Shown here piece after piece: positions 19,760-28,092 of a stretch of 64,000 bases of DNA (position 1 is its first letter; every line of letters starts with the position of its first letter). Below the pieces are notes generated by a model. The model was not told the origin of the DNA, searched no databases, and saw nothing but the letters and a program-made list of their open reading frames with translations. This stretch comes from a virus (taxonomy: Duplodnaviria > Caudoviricetes), in the IMG/VR virus record IMGVR_UViG_3300021400_000262, positions 1-64,000 of that record; one strand, written 5' to 3'. The position numbers were made by a program, and so were the translations under genes.

Positions 19760-20208
19760 TTAAGCGGACATTAGAGGAGTCCGCACCCTTCGTTTACGCA
19801 AACTGGCTTTTTCGGTTTTTCTTAACATGATAAACCTGTGGTAGCTTACACCTTACGATTTTAAAAATCCGACTCTTTCACCCATTTTTTCTTTCTTGCT
19901 GAAAAGGCTTAGTGTAGAATAGCCGTCACTTGCCAAAGTCGTGAAGCGTTTTACGTCCTCTCTTTAACTGACAAAGTTATTATAACATGGTTTTACATTT
20001 TTGTCAAGTATCTTTTTCATTTTTTTTCGGGAAGCGGTGGGTGGCCAGCTCCACCGCTTGTTTTCAATCTGTCCGCCATAGGGCGTATCTATCCCTACCT
20101 ACCACATTTTTGTCATCGCGCGCAAGGTCTCGCGCTTTCATCTAAAGTCCCATACTTGATTACCTCTCTTTCATCTTGTGGCTTTATTATAACACTCTTT
20201 TGGAAGTT

Positions 20209-20295
20209 TGTCAAGGGGTTTTTCAAAAATTTTTGAAAAATCGTAATCTTGTCGAACCTATTCTTCGAGGAGAGTTTCACTCCGTCCCCCTGACA
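20209..20295 (-). ncRNA. closed-stem sRNA cassette C
   Basis: Own promoter; UGUCAGGGGG...CCCCUUGACA with a G-U pair. Confidence 0.55.
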
Positions 20296-20401
20296 TTTAT
20301 TATTCTATCATAGCTCCTTTAAAAAGTCAACTACTTTTTAAAAAAATCTTTTGTTAGTTTTTTAACAAGCTAGCCCGGGCCAAAAAGCGCCGAAGCGCTT
20401 T

Positions 20402-20653
20402 TTAATTTTCCCATACAGGATTTCCTTCTTCGTCTAAAACTGAAGAAATTTCTGCATTTGCTTTATGCCAAAGAGATTTATTAAACTGCTTTGTCATAGC
20501 CTCTTCTATTGGTTCCCAAGTTTGAGGAGCAACAAGTTTAGCAAAATTTTCTCCAACAGTTAAATGAGATTTTCCTTTACAAGCTTTTAAAAAATCTTCA
20601 TTTGAAATTGGCACATCAAACTGGACATTGTAACAAACAGTAATTTTCTTCAT
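20402..20653 (-). CDS. hypothetical protein
   Basis: ORF track, RBS. Confidence 0.7.
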   Translation of the reverse strand: MKKITVCYNVQFDVPISNEDFLKACKGKSHLTVGENFAKLVAPQTWEPIEEAMTKQFNKSLWHKANAEISSVLDEEGNPVWEN

Positions 20654-20677
20654 CGTTTTTTTATCCCCCTTTTTTAT

Positions 20678-20989
20678 TTAATGATTAAATCTAATGTAAT
20701 GTTTAAACCAATTTTCTCCGAAGTATTCAATAAATTCTTTTTCATACTCTGGATAATTTTCAAGAACAGAAAGCTTCATGATTGTATCATGGTCAAGAAT
20801 TGTCCCCCAATCATTAGCTTTTTCTTCGCAACCCTTTGTAAATACAAAGTTGGTTAAAAGGGTGTCCATTGTTTTAGCGTTCTGAATAACTTCCATTGCT
20901 TCAGAAAGCCAAACAATCTGAGAACAAAAAATAGGGATAATGTTAAAATCAGATACTCTGGTTCCGCTCATTTTCGGTTCAAATTTCAT
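20678..20989 (-). CDS. hypothetical protein
   Basis: ORF track, own promoter. Confidence 0.7.
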   Translation of the reverse strand: MKFEPKMSGTRVSDFNIIPIFCSQIVWLSEAMEVIQNAKTMDTLLTNFVFTKGCEEKANDWGTILDHDTIMKLSVLENYPEYEKEFIEYFGENWFKHYIRFNH

Positions 20990-21087
20990 TGTATTATCTC
21001 CTTTCGATGGTTTAAGTATACCACGTTAAAGGTTGTTTGTCAATAGTTTTTTTAAAAAGTTTGCGGCTGCCCGGGGCAAAAAGAGGA

Positions 21088-21345
21088 TTACTCTTCTTCT
21101 GCTCCATCGTATTCAAAATAGGGGGATTCTGTTACGGTTTCAGACCAATCCGCAAGGCTTTTATCCTGTAAGTCTCCGACCCAATTCCAGAAAATTTCTT
21201 TTGCTTCTTCCTTCGTTTTTGCTTTTACTCGAACACATCCTAAAAAGTCAACAGCAAAAGTTTTTTTCTTTCTCATTTCTTTTACAAGATTTGCACACGC
21301 TTCTTCTTCTTCTTTTGTTAAAAGGTATCCTTTAATTTCTGCCAT
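21088..21345 (-). CDS. hypothetical protein
   Basis: Start MAEIKG; own promoter. Confidence 0.7.
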   Translation of the reverse strand: MAEIKGYLLTKEEEEACANLVKEMRKKKTFAVDFLGCVRVKAKTKEEAKEIFWNWVGDLQDKSLADWSETVTESPYFEYDGAEEE

Positions 21346-21477
21346 TTCTTTTTCCCTTTCTTTTTTTTCTTTCTTTTGATAAATCAATTATAATATACTT
21401 TCTTCTATTTGTCAATACTTTTTTCAAAAAATTTTTGCCCGGGCAAAAGCCCCCGAAGGGGCAAGCCCTTGGGGGCA

Positions 21478-21816
21478 TCAGCCCCCAATAGCCTTGAAGT
21501 AGGTGATACGCTTCTCGACCACCTTCTCGACCTTGCCATCATCAGCAAGCTGATTAACAAGTGCCGAAGCCTTCTGACCGCTAATGTCAAAATGCTTTGC
21601 TACATCACCTGCACGCTGTGCGCCATTCTCTGCGATGAAAGCAAGGATGGTTTCTTTCAGCTCTGCATTTTCCTTCTGAGTCTTAGTGGGCTTATGCTCA
21701 CCGCTGTTACGCTTTGCGAGCTGAACCTTGAGAGCCTCAAGCTTCTCACGAACCTCATCAGTGATGTTGCCATTAAGAGCGTTGTCGATTGCTACTGCGT
21801 AAGTCATCTTCGTCAT
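21478..21816 (-). CDS. winged-helix protein, MTKMTYA family copy 2
   Basis: KPTKTQKEN; RAGDVAKHFDISGQKASALVNQL..GKV wHTH. Confidence 0.8.
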   Translation of the reverse strand: MTKMTYAVAIDNALNGNITDEVREKLEALKVQLAKRNSGEHKPTKTQKENAELKETILAFIAENGAQRAGDVAKHFDISGQKASALVNQLADDGKVEKVVEKRITYFKAIGG

Positions 21817-22099
21817 TGTGTTTACCATTCCTTTCATTTTTAAGATTTTGTTTTTTTTCTTATCTTGTGCCTTTATTATAGCACTTCTTTATTCAGTTGT
21901 CAAGCTTTTTTTTTAATTTTTTTTGAGAAGTTGGAAGTTTGACTTCTCACCTTGCTCGTACTCATAGCGCCCCATGACTTCCGAGCTTTGGCGCCAATGG
22001 TCTTGCGACCTTTCCTGTTTTAAGTTTCCTTCGGCGGGTCTCTCATGTTCTCACCTCTCTCTCATCTTGTACCCTTATTATAACAGATGCTTTGGAGTT

Positions 22100-22182
22100 T
22101 GTCAAGGGGTTTTTTCAAATTTCTTTGATTATTTTTTTTCGAGGGCCATTAGGTTCTTGACCTCTTACCTCTCCCCTTGACA
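22100..22182 (-). ncRNA. closed-stem sRNA cassette D
   Basis: Own promoter; UGUCAAGGGG...CCCCUUGACA. Confidence 0.55.
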
Positions 22183-22270
22183 GTTATTATAATACCACAG
22201 ACCACAGAAAAAGTCAACACTTTTTTAAAAGTTATTTTTTTAACAAGTGGCGCCCGGGCGAAAAGCAAGA

Positions 22271-22714
22271 TTACTCTTGCTTCACCTCAATAACGATAGT
22301 CTTACAACTCATTTTACCCCATCCATAACTATAATATTCACTACTATAAACATTTACTTTGAAACAATGGGAATGTAAATAATCTACAAACTCTTCCCAA
22401 GCATAATTTTCTCCAATAGCGCTATAGGAAAGAGTTCCATCAGCGTATTTAGCGCCATCGGGTTTAACAAATTTAAATAACTTGTTTCCGAGTCGATCTA
22501 TTTCAAACTGAATCTGTGTCGTATACTCAATTTTTTTACGACTATACGCACAAGCAGTAAGTGCCTCATCTAAAATAGTATCACAAAACTCAATACTTCT
22601 TGCAGCTGCCGCTTTATAATATTTTCTTGCAATTTCGTCTTTTTCTGCTTCTTCTTTTTCCCACAGAATATCTGCTTCTTTCCTAACCATTGCTAATTCA
22701 AGCGCACATTTCAT
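22271..22714 (-). CDS. hypothetical protein
   Basis: ORF track, own promoter. Confidence 0.75.
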   Translation of the reverse strand: MKCALELAMVRKEADILWEKEEAEKDEIARKYYKAAAARSIEFCDTILDEALTACAYSRKKIEYTTQIQFEIDRLGNKLFKFVKPDGAKYADGTLSYSAIGENYAWEEFVDYLHSHCFKVNVYSSEYYSYGWGKMSCKTIVIEVKQE

Positions 22715-22838
22715 TTTTTTTACCCTCTTTCTTTTTTATTTTTTCTATTCCTTACATTTATTATTATAGCAGATTAAAAATAAAAGTCAACTACTTTTTA
22801 AAAGTTATTTTTTTAACAAGCGGCGCCCGGGCGAATAT

Positions 22839-23405
22839 TTAAGCGAGAGAAGTCCCGCTTAAATATTCGTTTACAACTTTATTAAATGTTCTTGTTGGAA
22901 TATCCACTCCAAAAAATCTATCATTTTTGCAAAAAGCTTCGGGATGCTTTCTAATAAAGAAAGCTCTTGTTACAGATTCCGCTCCTTCCGCAGGAATTGC
23001 TCCACAATCAATTACTGAACAAATTTCTGCATGGTCTATTACAATTCCATGATTAGTGTAGTATTTAATTTCTTCTTTAAGTCTCTGTTCAGGCAGTCTG
23101 GTTGTAGTTCCAACCTTTGAACAAATTAATTTTTCAGCTTCATAAAACTTATACAAATAAACTAACTGCTTTCCACCTTGTAAAACTTTTTTAACTTTCT
23201 GAGTCACATGGTAAAAAGTCTTTTTTGCAGTTTCTAATAATTCTGAATACTTTTTAATGTAAGTCTTGATAGTAGAAACTGCATAATCTGTCCATTTTGC
23301 AATTTCTTCGGGTGTAAATCCGTAGTCATTAAGATATACAAGCTGAAGTCTTTTTAACTGAGTTTCTTCAAATTTCTGAAATACATCAATTTTCTTTGTT
23401 GCCAT
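22839..23405 (-). CDS. HTH plus GIY-YIG-like domain protein
   Basis: TPEEIAKWTDYAVSTIKTY HTH; VYLYKF...SKVGTT...EQRL pattern. Confidence 0.55.
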   Translation of the reverse strand: MATKKIDVFQKFEETQLKRLQLVYLNDYGFTPEEIAKWTDYAVSTIKTYIKKYSELLETAKKTFYHVTQKVKKVLQGGKQLVYLYKFYEAEKLICSKVGTTTRLPEQRLKEEIKYYTNHGIVIDHAEICSVIDCGAIPAEGAESVTRAFFIRKHPEAFCKNDRFFGVDIPTRTFNKVVNEYLSGTSLA

Positions 23406-23520
23406 TGTTTTTAGCCTTCCTTTCTGTTGATGGTTTAATTATAACAGAAGGATTAGAATTTGTCAATGACTTTTTTATAATTTTTGAAAATTTTTTGGCC
23501 CGGGCGAAACATGAAGACCT

Positions 23521-23703
23521 TTAAAATGTCTTCATGTATTCTTCAAATTTATCAAGAAATTTACTTTCTTCCCAATAGAATGGGTCTCCGCACTCACTGA
23601 AAAAATTATACATCAGCTGACCAAAGCGCCAATCAGGACACTTATCTTTCCAATAGGAGCCAATAGTTTCAAGGAAAAAATCAATTCTTTCAGGATCTCT
23701 CAT
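23521..23703 (-). CDS. small hypothetical phage protein
   Basis: MRDPERI...W...PDWRFGQL. Confidence 0.75.
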   Translation of the reverse strand: MRDPERIDFFLETIGSYWKDKCPDWRFGQLMYNFFSECGDPFYWEESKFLDKFEEYMKTF

Positions 23704-23705
23704 CT

Positions 23706-23960
23706 TTAGTACGCCTCTCTATAATAATATTTAATCATGTTTAAAATCTGTTCTGCGGTGATGTCAAAGTCCCCAAAATCAAAATCTGGATTGTTGTCAA
23801 TCTTAATCAGTCTCTTAAAATCTGTTTCGATTCTGTCCACTATATCACGAATCTTCTGATTTTTTCTTCTTTCCATGACACATTTAATTGCTTTGGTAGC
23901 TTCGATTAACTCTTCATCAGTCCAATCATTTAATCCTTCAAAATCCACATTAGTCATCAT
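23706..23960 (-). CDS. hypothetical protein
   Basis: ORF track. Confidence 0.7.
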   Translation of the reverse strand: MMTNVDFEGLNDWTDEELIEATKAIKCVMERRKNQKIRDIVDRIETDFKRLIKIDNNPDFDFGDFDITAEQILNMIKYYYREAY

Positions 23961-24099
23961 TTTTTTTATTCCTTTCTTTTTTTTTGTATCTTTATTATAA
24001 CAAAATATTTTTTATTTGTCAATAGTTATCTTTAAGAATTTTTTTGCCCGGGCAAAGCCCCAAGGCTCCCAAAGGAGCCAAGGGGCTTTTGTTTTGGAA

Positions 24100-24447
24100 T
24101 CAAGCGAGGCTGAAATAAGCCTTACGCTTGATTTCCTCACGCTTAAGGATTCCGTCCAACTGCATCTGACGCACAAGTGCGCTCACACGCTGATTGGAAA
24201 GCTCCCCAACCTCGGGGACAGTCTTCATGATTTCAGTGATGGTATAAGCCTTTCCAGACTCCATCCCATTCACAATAGCTTCCTTGAAGCCGACATTTTC
24301 CTTCTGAGTAGCGGTAGGCTTCCGCTCTCCAGAACTCTTCTTTGCAAGCTGAGTCTTAAGAGCCTTAAGCTTCTCAATCACTTCCTCATTGTCGATAGCG
24401 TTGATAGCGAAGTCAATAGCAGTTGCGTAGGTAAGCTTGTTAGTCAT
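24100..24447 (-). CDS. winged-helix protein, MTKMTYA family copy 3
   Basis: Near-identical to 17571..17912 over the C-terminal two thirds; start MTNKLTYA after RBS. Confidence 0.8.
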   Translation of the reverse strand: MTNKLTYATAIDFAINAIDNEEVIEKLKALKTQLAKKSSGERKPTATQKENVGFKEAIVNGMESGKAYTITEIMKTVPEVGELSNQRVSALVRQMQLDGILKREEIKRKAYFSLA

Positions 24448-24524
24448 AAATTTGCACCTCTTTCTTTTTTGATTGATTTGTTTTTGTTTCTTACAGTAGT
24501 TATTATAACCGATATTTAGTTGTT

Positions 24525-24633
24525 TGTCAAGAGGTTTTTTCAAGATTTTTATTTGTTGGGGAAGTGGAAGCTGTGCTTACCGCGGATGCACATTTCTCAC
24601 TTTCTGAACTTCATCTCTGTCATCCCCCTGACA
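24525..24633 (-). ncRNA. closed-stem sRNA cassette E
   Basis: Own promoter; UGUCAGGGGG...CCUCUUGACA with two G-U pairs; internal AAGUG/CACUU and UGUGC/GCACA helices. Confidence 0.55.
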
Positions 24634-24728
24634 GTTATTATAATACCACAGACCAGAAAGAAAGTCAACACTTTTTTTATTTTTTTTCTTGTTAGTTTTT
24701 TAACAAGCGGCCCGGGCAAAAGGGGTTT

Positions 24729-24959
24729 TCACCCCTCTGCCGAATAAATTACTTTCATGTCACAATCTGTAATAAATTTTAAAACCAAATCATTATGACA
24801 GAAAGGACATACAACCGCATCATAGTATTCCCCATGTCCTACCATTACATCCCGCAAATCTTCATCATTACAAGTAAACACAGTATGGCAATGCTTGCAA
24901 GTAATTTCATACTTAGGAAGGCTTTTTCTACAATAACCCTTTTTAATAATCTTAATCAT
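24729..24959 (-). CDS. Zn-ribbon protein
   Basis: CKHC...CPFC. Confidence 0.7.
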   Translation of the reverse strand: MIKIIKKGYCRKSLPKYEITCKHCHTVFTCNDEDLRDVMVGHGEYYDAVVCPFCHNDLVLKFITDCDMKVIYSAEG

Positions 24960-25077
24960 GTTTTTAGCTCCTTTCTTTTGTTAATGCTATTATAGCAAAC
25001 AAAGAAGAAAAAATCAATAGTTTTTTTAAGTTAAATTTTTAACAATTTCGCATCCGGGCAAAAAAGAAGACAAGGAT

Positions 25078-25281
25078 TCAATCCTTGTCTTCAAGTCCAG
25101 CTTCCAAGATAATTTCGCCAGTATTTAAATCAATAACTGTAGCTGTATCAAAGCCATAAATTTTCATAGCATTGATAATTTCCGCTTTTAATTCATCAAT
25201 AGTTCCGACCTTATCATACTTAAACTGCCCATCAAAAAGAATCGTTGCGTCAATACGAGTTTCATAAGTAAAACAAATCAT
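25078..25281 (-). CDS. hypothetical protein
   Basis: ORF track; IDLNTGEI motif. Confidence 0.65.
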   Translation of the reverse strand: MICFTYETRIDATILFDGQFKYDKVGTIDELKAEIINAMKIYGFDTATVIDLNTGEIILEAGLEDKD

Positions 25282-25384
25282 TTTTATTACCTCTCTTTCT
25301 TTTTTGTAAGTTCATTATAACTCGTTCCAAAAGAAAAGTCAAGTAGTTTTTAAAAAAATATTTGCGGCCCGGGCAATCCCCGCA

Positions 25385-25762
25385 TTAACTGCGGGGAGCG
25401 GAAAGCACAACCTTGTATTTTACATTATTGAATTTAAAAATCATTTCTCGTTCAATATTTGTTATCTCAATGTCAGTTCCGCCGACCGCTTCAACGGAAG
25501 CCCGCAAGTTTTCAATCAGATTTCTTTTGTCTGGATTTTCTTTCTTTGGTCTTTTGGAAGTATCAAATTTAAAAACTGTTTTCTTTCTATCTGCTTTTCG
25601 AGCTTCTTTTGCGTTCTGAATCTGCTCTTTACTCAAATCAGAATTGATTTCTGAGGCTGATGTCATTCGATCAATTCTTTCATCCTCGTTAATTAAATTG
25701 ATTGCATCTTCTCTACTGAGTCCTAAAATTTCCATGTGTTTCTTAATTAAACTCTCATTCAT
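25385..25762 (-). CDS. hypothetical protein, paralog of 16334..16711
   Basis: Shared motifs with 16334..16711. Confidence 0.75.
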   Translation of the reverse strand: MNESLIKKHMEILGLSREDAINLINEDERIDRMTSASEINSDLSKEQIQNAKEARKADRKKTVFKFDTSKRPKKENPDKRNLIENLRASVEAVGGTDIEITNIEREMIFKFNNVKYKVVLSAPRS

Positions 25763-25837
25763 TTATTATCCCCCTTTCTGTTTATTATTATACCACAATA
25801 AACAGAAATGTCAAGTGAAATTTTGCCCGGGCGCCCC

Positions 25838-26272
25838 TTAGAAAGCTCTAAGGGTTGCCAAAATGTTATTTGCATCGAAAGAATTTTTTCCCCATTCGAT
25901 TCTATTATTTAATTCATCATCGAAAAGGAAACCATTTTTATCTTTTACAACTGTGCTTTTCGGCGTTCCGTAGGAAACGATGTGAATTTCATCCCAAACC
26001 ACCGAAGGCAGATGCTTTTTCAGCCAATTCATTTTGCTCTCTGTGACTGCCTTGTTATATTCTTCTGTTCCACTTTTGGAAAGCCAAGAAACAATTCCAA
26101 AAGTGAAACCAATTTTCTGCATTTTATGAATTTGTCTTGCGAAAACCGAAAAGTTGATTAAAGGCTTCGCTTCATCGTAAGGGCGAGTATTGCCATTGAT
26201 TAAATCATTAAGCCAGTTTTTTACGCCATACAGATTAGCGATTGTTCCGTCCATGTCAAAATAGATAGTCAT
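25838..26272 (-). CDS. HAD-family 5'(3')-nucleotidase-like protein
   Basis: FDMDGTIA motif I; K..WL.KHLP; LFDD. Confidence 0.8.
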   Translation of the reverse strand: MTIYFDMDGTIANLYGVKNWLNDLINGNTRPYDEAKPLINFSVFARQIHKMQKIGFTFGIVSWLSKSGTEEYNKAVTESKMNWLKKHLPSVVWDEIHIVSYGTPKSTVVKDKNGFLFDDELNNRIEWGKNSFDANNILATLRAF

Positions 26273-26414
26273 TTGTTCTTTCCTCTCTCTTGTTTGTATA
26301 GACATTATAACCGATTATCGCTAATTTGTCAAGTAGTTTTTTATTTTTTGTAAATAAATTATAATAAAAATTTTTTAAAAAATCAAGTGCGGCCGCGCGC
26401 CCGGGCAAAAAAAT

Positions 26415-26446
26415 AAAGGGGAATCATCTTTTGAATGATTCCCCTA
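26415..26446 (-). terminator. intrinsic terminator
   Basis: GGGGAATCAT/ATGATTCCCC hairpin plus U-tract. Confidence 0.75.
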
Positions 26447-26593
26447 AATGAATTTCCGCAGTTCTTTTTTAAGAGCTTTGCGGTCATAATCTTTCTTGCT
26501 CTTATGTGTCCGAGTGCCAGTATTAAATGATACTAAGACACGCAGTTTTTTAGCTTCTTCTTTCTGAATTTTTTTACTTCTTTTATCTACCAT
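26444..26593 (-). CDS. small basic protein (49 aa) ending in TAG
   Basis: MVDKRSKKIQKEEAKKLRVLVSFNTGTRTHKSKKDYDRKALKKELRKFI; own promoter and RBS; terminator immediately after. Confidence 0.7.
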   Translation of the reverse strand: MVDKRSKKIQKEEAKKLRVLVSFNTGTRTHKSKKDYDRKALKKELRKFI

Positions 26594-26755
26594 GATTCTC
26601 TCCTTTCTTTTCTATTGGAATTATAGCATACAAAGAAATAATTGTCAAGTGTTTTTTATCCGGGTAAAAAAGGACTTTTTACTTTTCCTAAGCCCTTCAC
26701 AAATCTTTACACTAAGTGAAAAACCTGTACTTTTCAAAAGTCCCTCTGTGTACCT

Positions 26756-27049
26756 TTATTGATTATGCTTTTTTGATAAGCTTAATTTAATAATTTCGTC
26801 ATCAGTAACTGAATGAGTGTGATTGTCAAAAAAGACCATACTTACAACGTCTCCTTCGCCATATGTATCACTTTCATAAAACCAGATATGTCCTCTCACA
26901 TCCTCGATAGTAAGCGTTTCATTCTGCTTATGTAATACAGTTCCTTGCATATTGTAAGTAGATTCAAGGTATCCTGCCCATCCCATGATGGTAAAAAGAG
27001 ATAATATCGCAACGATTCCCCACAGTATCCGCTCAACTTTTCGTACCAT
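26756..27049 (-). CDS. membrane-anchored small OB-like protein
   Basis: N-terminal TM segment; start MVRKVER. Confidence 0.65.
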   Translation of the reverse strand: MVRKVERILWGIVAILSLFTIMGWAGYLESTYNMQGTVLHKQNETLTIEDVRGHIWFYESDTYGEGDVVSMVFFDNHTHSVTDDEIIKLSLSKKHNQ

Positions 27050-27119
27050 TTTTTTGTCCCCTTTCATCGTTTCCTTTATTATAACATATCTTTTTCTTTT
27101 TGTCAACTACTTTTTAATC

Positions 27120-27581
27120 TTATTTTGCAAGATTGGCAAGGCTCTTTTCATTGCAGAACGTGGCTTTCTGAAACTTAATCTGATAAGAAGTACCGTTAAT
27201 TTCAAGGTCGCCTGCTTCAGTAAAGGGAACGTTGTCTTTTTCCCAGACCTGCCCGAACTTTTCGGTAATAAGCTTTTCAAAGATTTCCCCATTATTGTAC
27301 TTGCTTTCCTGTACCTGCTCATTAAAGAACTTTTCAGAACAAAGGATAGAAGCATAAGGCATAAGGGCGATTTTCTGATCAGCATTGGGGCAGAAACGGA
27401 GCGCATAGCCTGCGCCACGGCTTGCCTTATCCAGAGTGCAAACAAAAGGCATCATTGCTTTATCAGTGAAAGCCATATATACGTTATGATGATAAGTGAA
27501 TCCCCAGATATACTGATGAGTGTATGCATTGGCGTTGTAGCGGTTAATCATGTTGAAAAAAAGTGCGGTGTTGGTAGTCAT
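27120..27581 (-). CDS. hypothetical protein (PD-(D/E)XK-like C-terminus), related to 28093..28563
   Basis: N.GE.FE....E.FG..W.KD...GD....YQIK. Confidence 0.7.
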   Translation of the reverse strand: MTTNTALFFNMINRYNANAYTHQYIWGFTYHHNVYMAFTDKAMMPFVCTLDKASRGAGYALRFCPNADQKIALMPYASILCSEKFFNEQVQESKYNNGEIFEKLITEKFGQVWEKDNVPFTEAGDLEINGTSYQIKFQKATFCNEKSLANLAK

Positions 27582-27710
27582 CTTTGTGTTCCCCTTTCTT
27601 TATCTTACACTGAGATTATACCATACCGCACCGGAGCTGTCAAGCACTTTTTAAAAGTTATTTTTTTAACAAAATCACGATTTTTCAAAATGGACGAAAT
27701 AGCGTTAGTG

Positions 27711-27802
27711 CTTTAACGCGCTAAAGTGCCAATTCTGGGAAAAAGCGCTTTAGTACTTTAGCGCGCGAAAGCGTTTAAAAAATTTGCTTTAGCACGTTAA
27801 AG
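27711..27802. repeat. three 16-bp CTTTA-N6-TAAAG palindromes
   Basis: CTTTAACGCGCTAAAG, CTTTAGCGCGCGAAAG, CTTTAGCACGTTAAAG; related copies at 14192 and 14215. Confidence 0.75.
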
Positions 27803-27861
27803 CGAAAAACCGGCCGCTTGGACTGCGAGCGGCCGGCCCGCAATAAAAAAAAGATTTGGGA

Positions 27862-28023
27862 TCAGTCCCAAATCTCAGGGTCAAGTGCCATAGTCCAGTT
27901 GTAAAGCAGTTCCACAGCCTTTTCAGTATGCCACTTCTCGCAAGCCGTAGCAAAGCGGATAGTGTACTTATGCTCAAATCCCCACTTGTTGATAACCTCG
28001 GTAAGCATCTCATCTCTCGTCAT
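27862..28023 (-). CDS. small protein, (W/Y)GFEH family
   Basis: MTRDEMLTEVINKWGFEHKYTIRFA; own promoter and RBS; not in the track. Confidence 0.65.
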   Translation of the reverse strand: MTRDEMLTEVINKWGFEHKYTIRFATACEKWHTEKAVELLYNWTMALDPEIWD

Positions 28024-28092
28024 TGTTTTTTATCTCCTTTCCTTTTCTGTACTTAGAGTATAACATACTCTGTCCGGCTTGTCAATACTTTT

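Larger units (their letters stand above)
14235..26406. repeat. dispersed GCCCGGGC palindrome at cassette junctions
   Basis: Exact copies at about 14235, 15320, 16294, 16801, 17374, 19118, 20373, 21437, 22252, 22825, 23498, 24046, 24710, 25367, 25825, 26399; variants at 19620, 21069, 25053, 29311. Confidence 0.92.

Noticed and set aside
19760-19975. T-box riboswitch upstream of tRNA-Lys
   Set aside because: No UGGNACC T-box bulge or terminator/antiterminator pair recognisable
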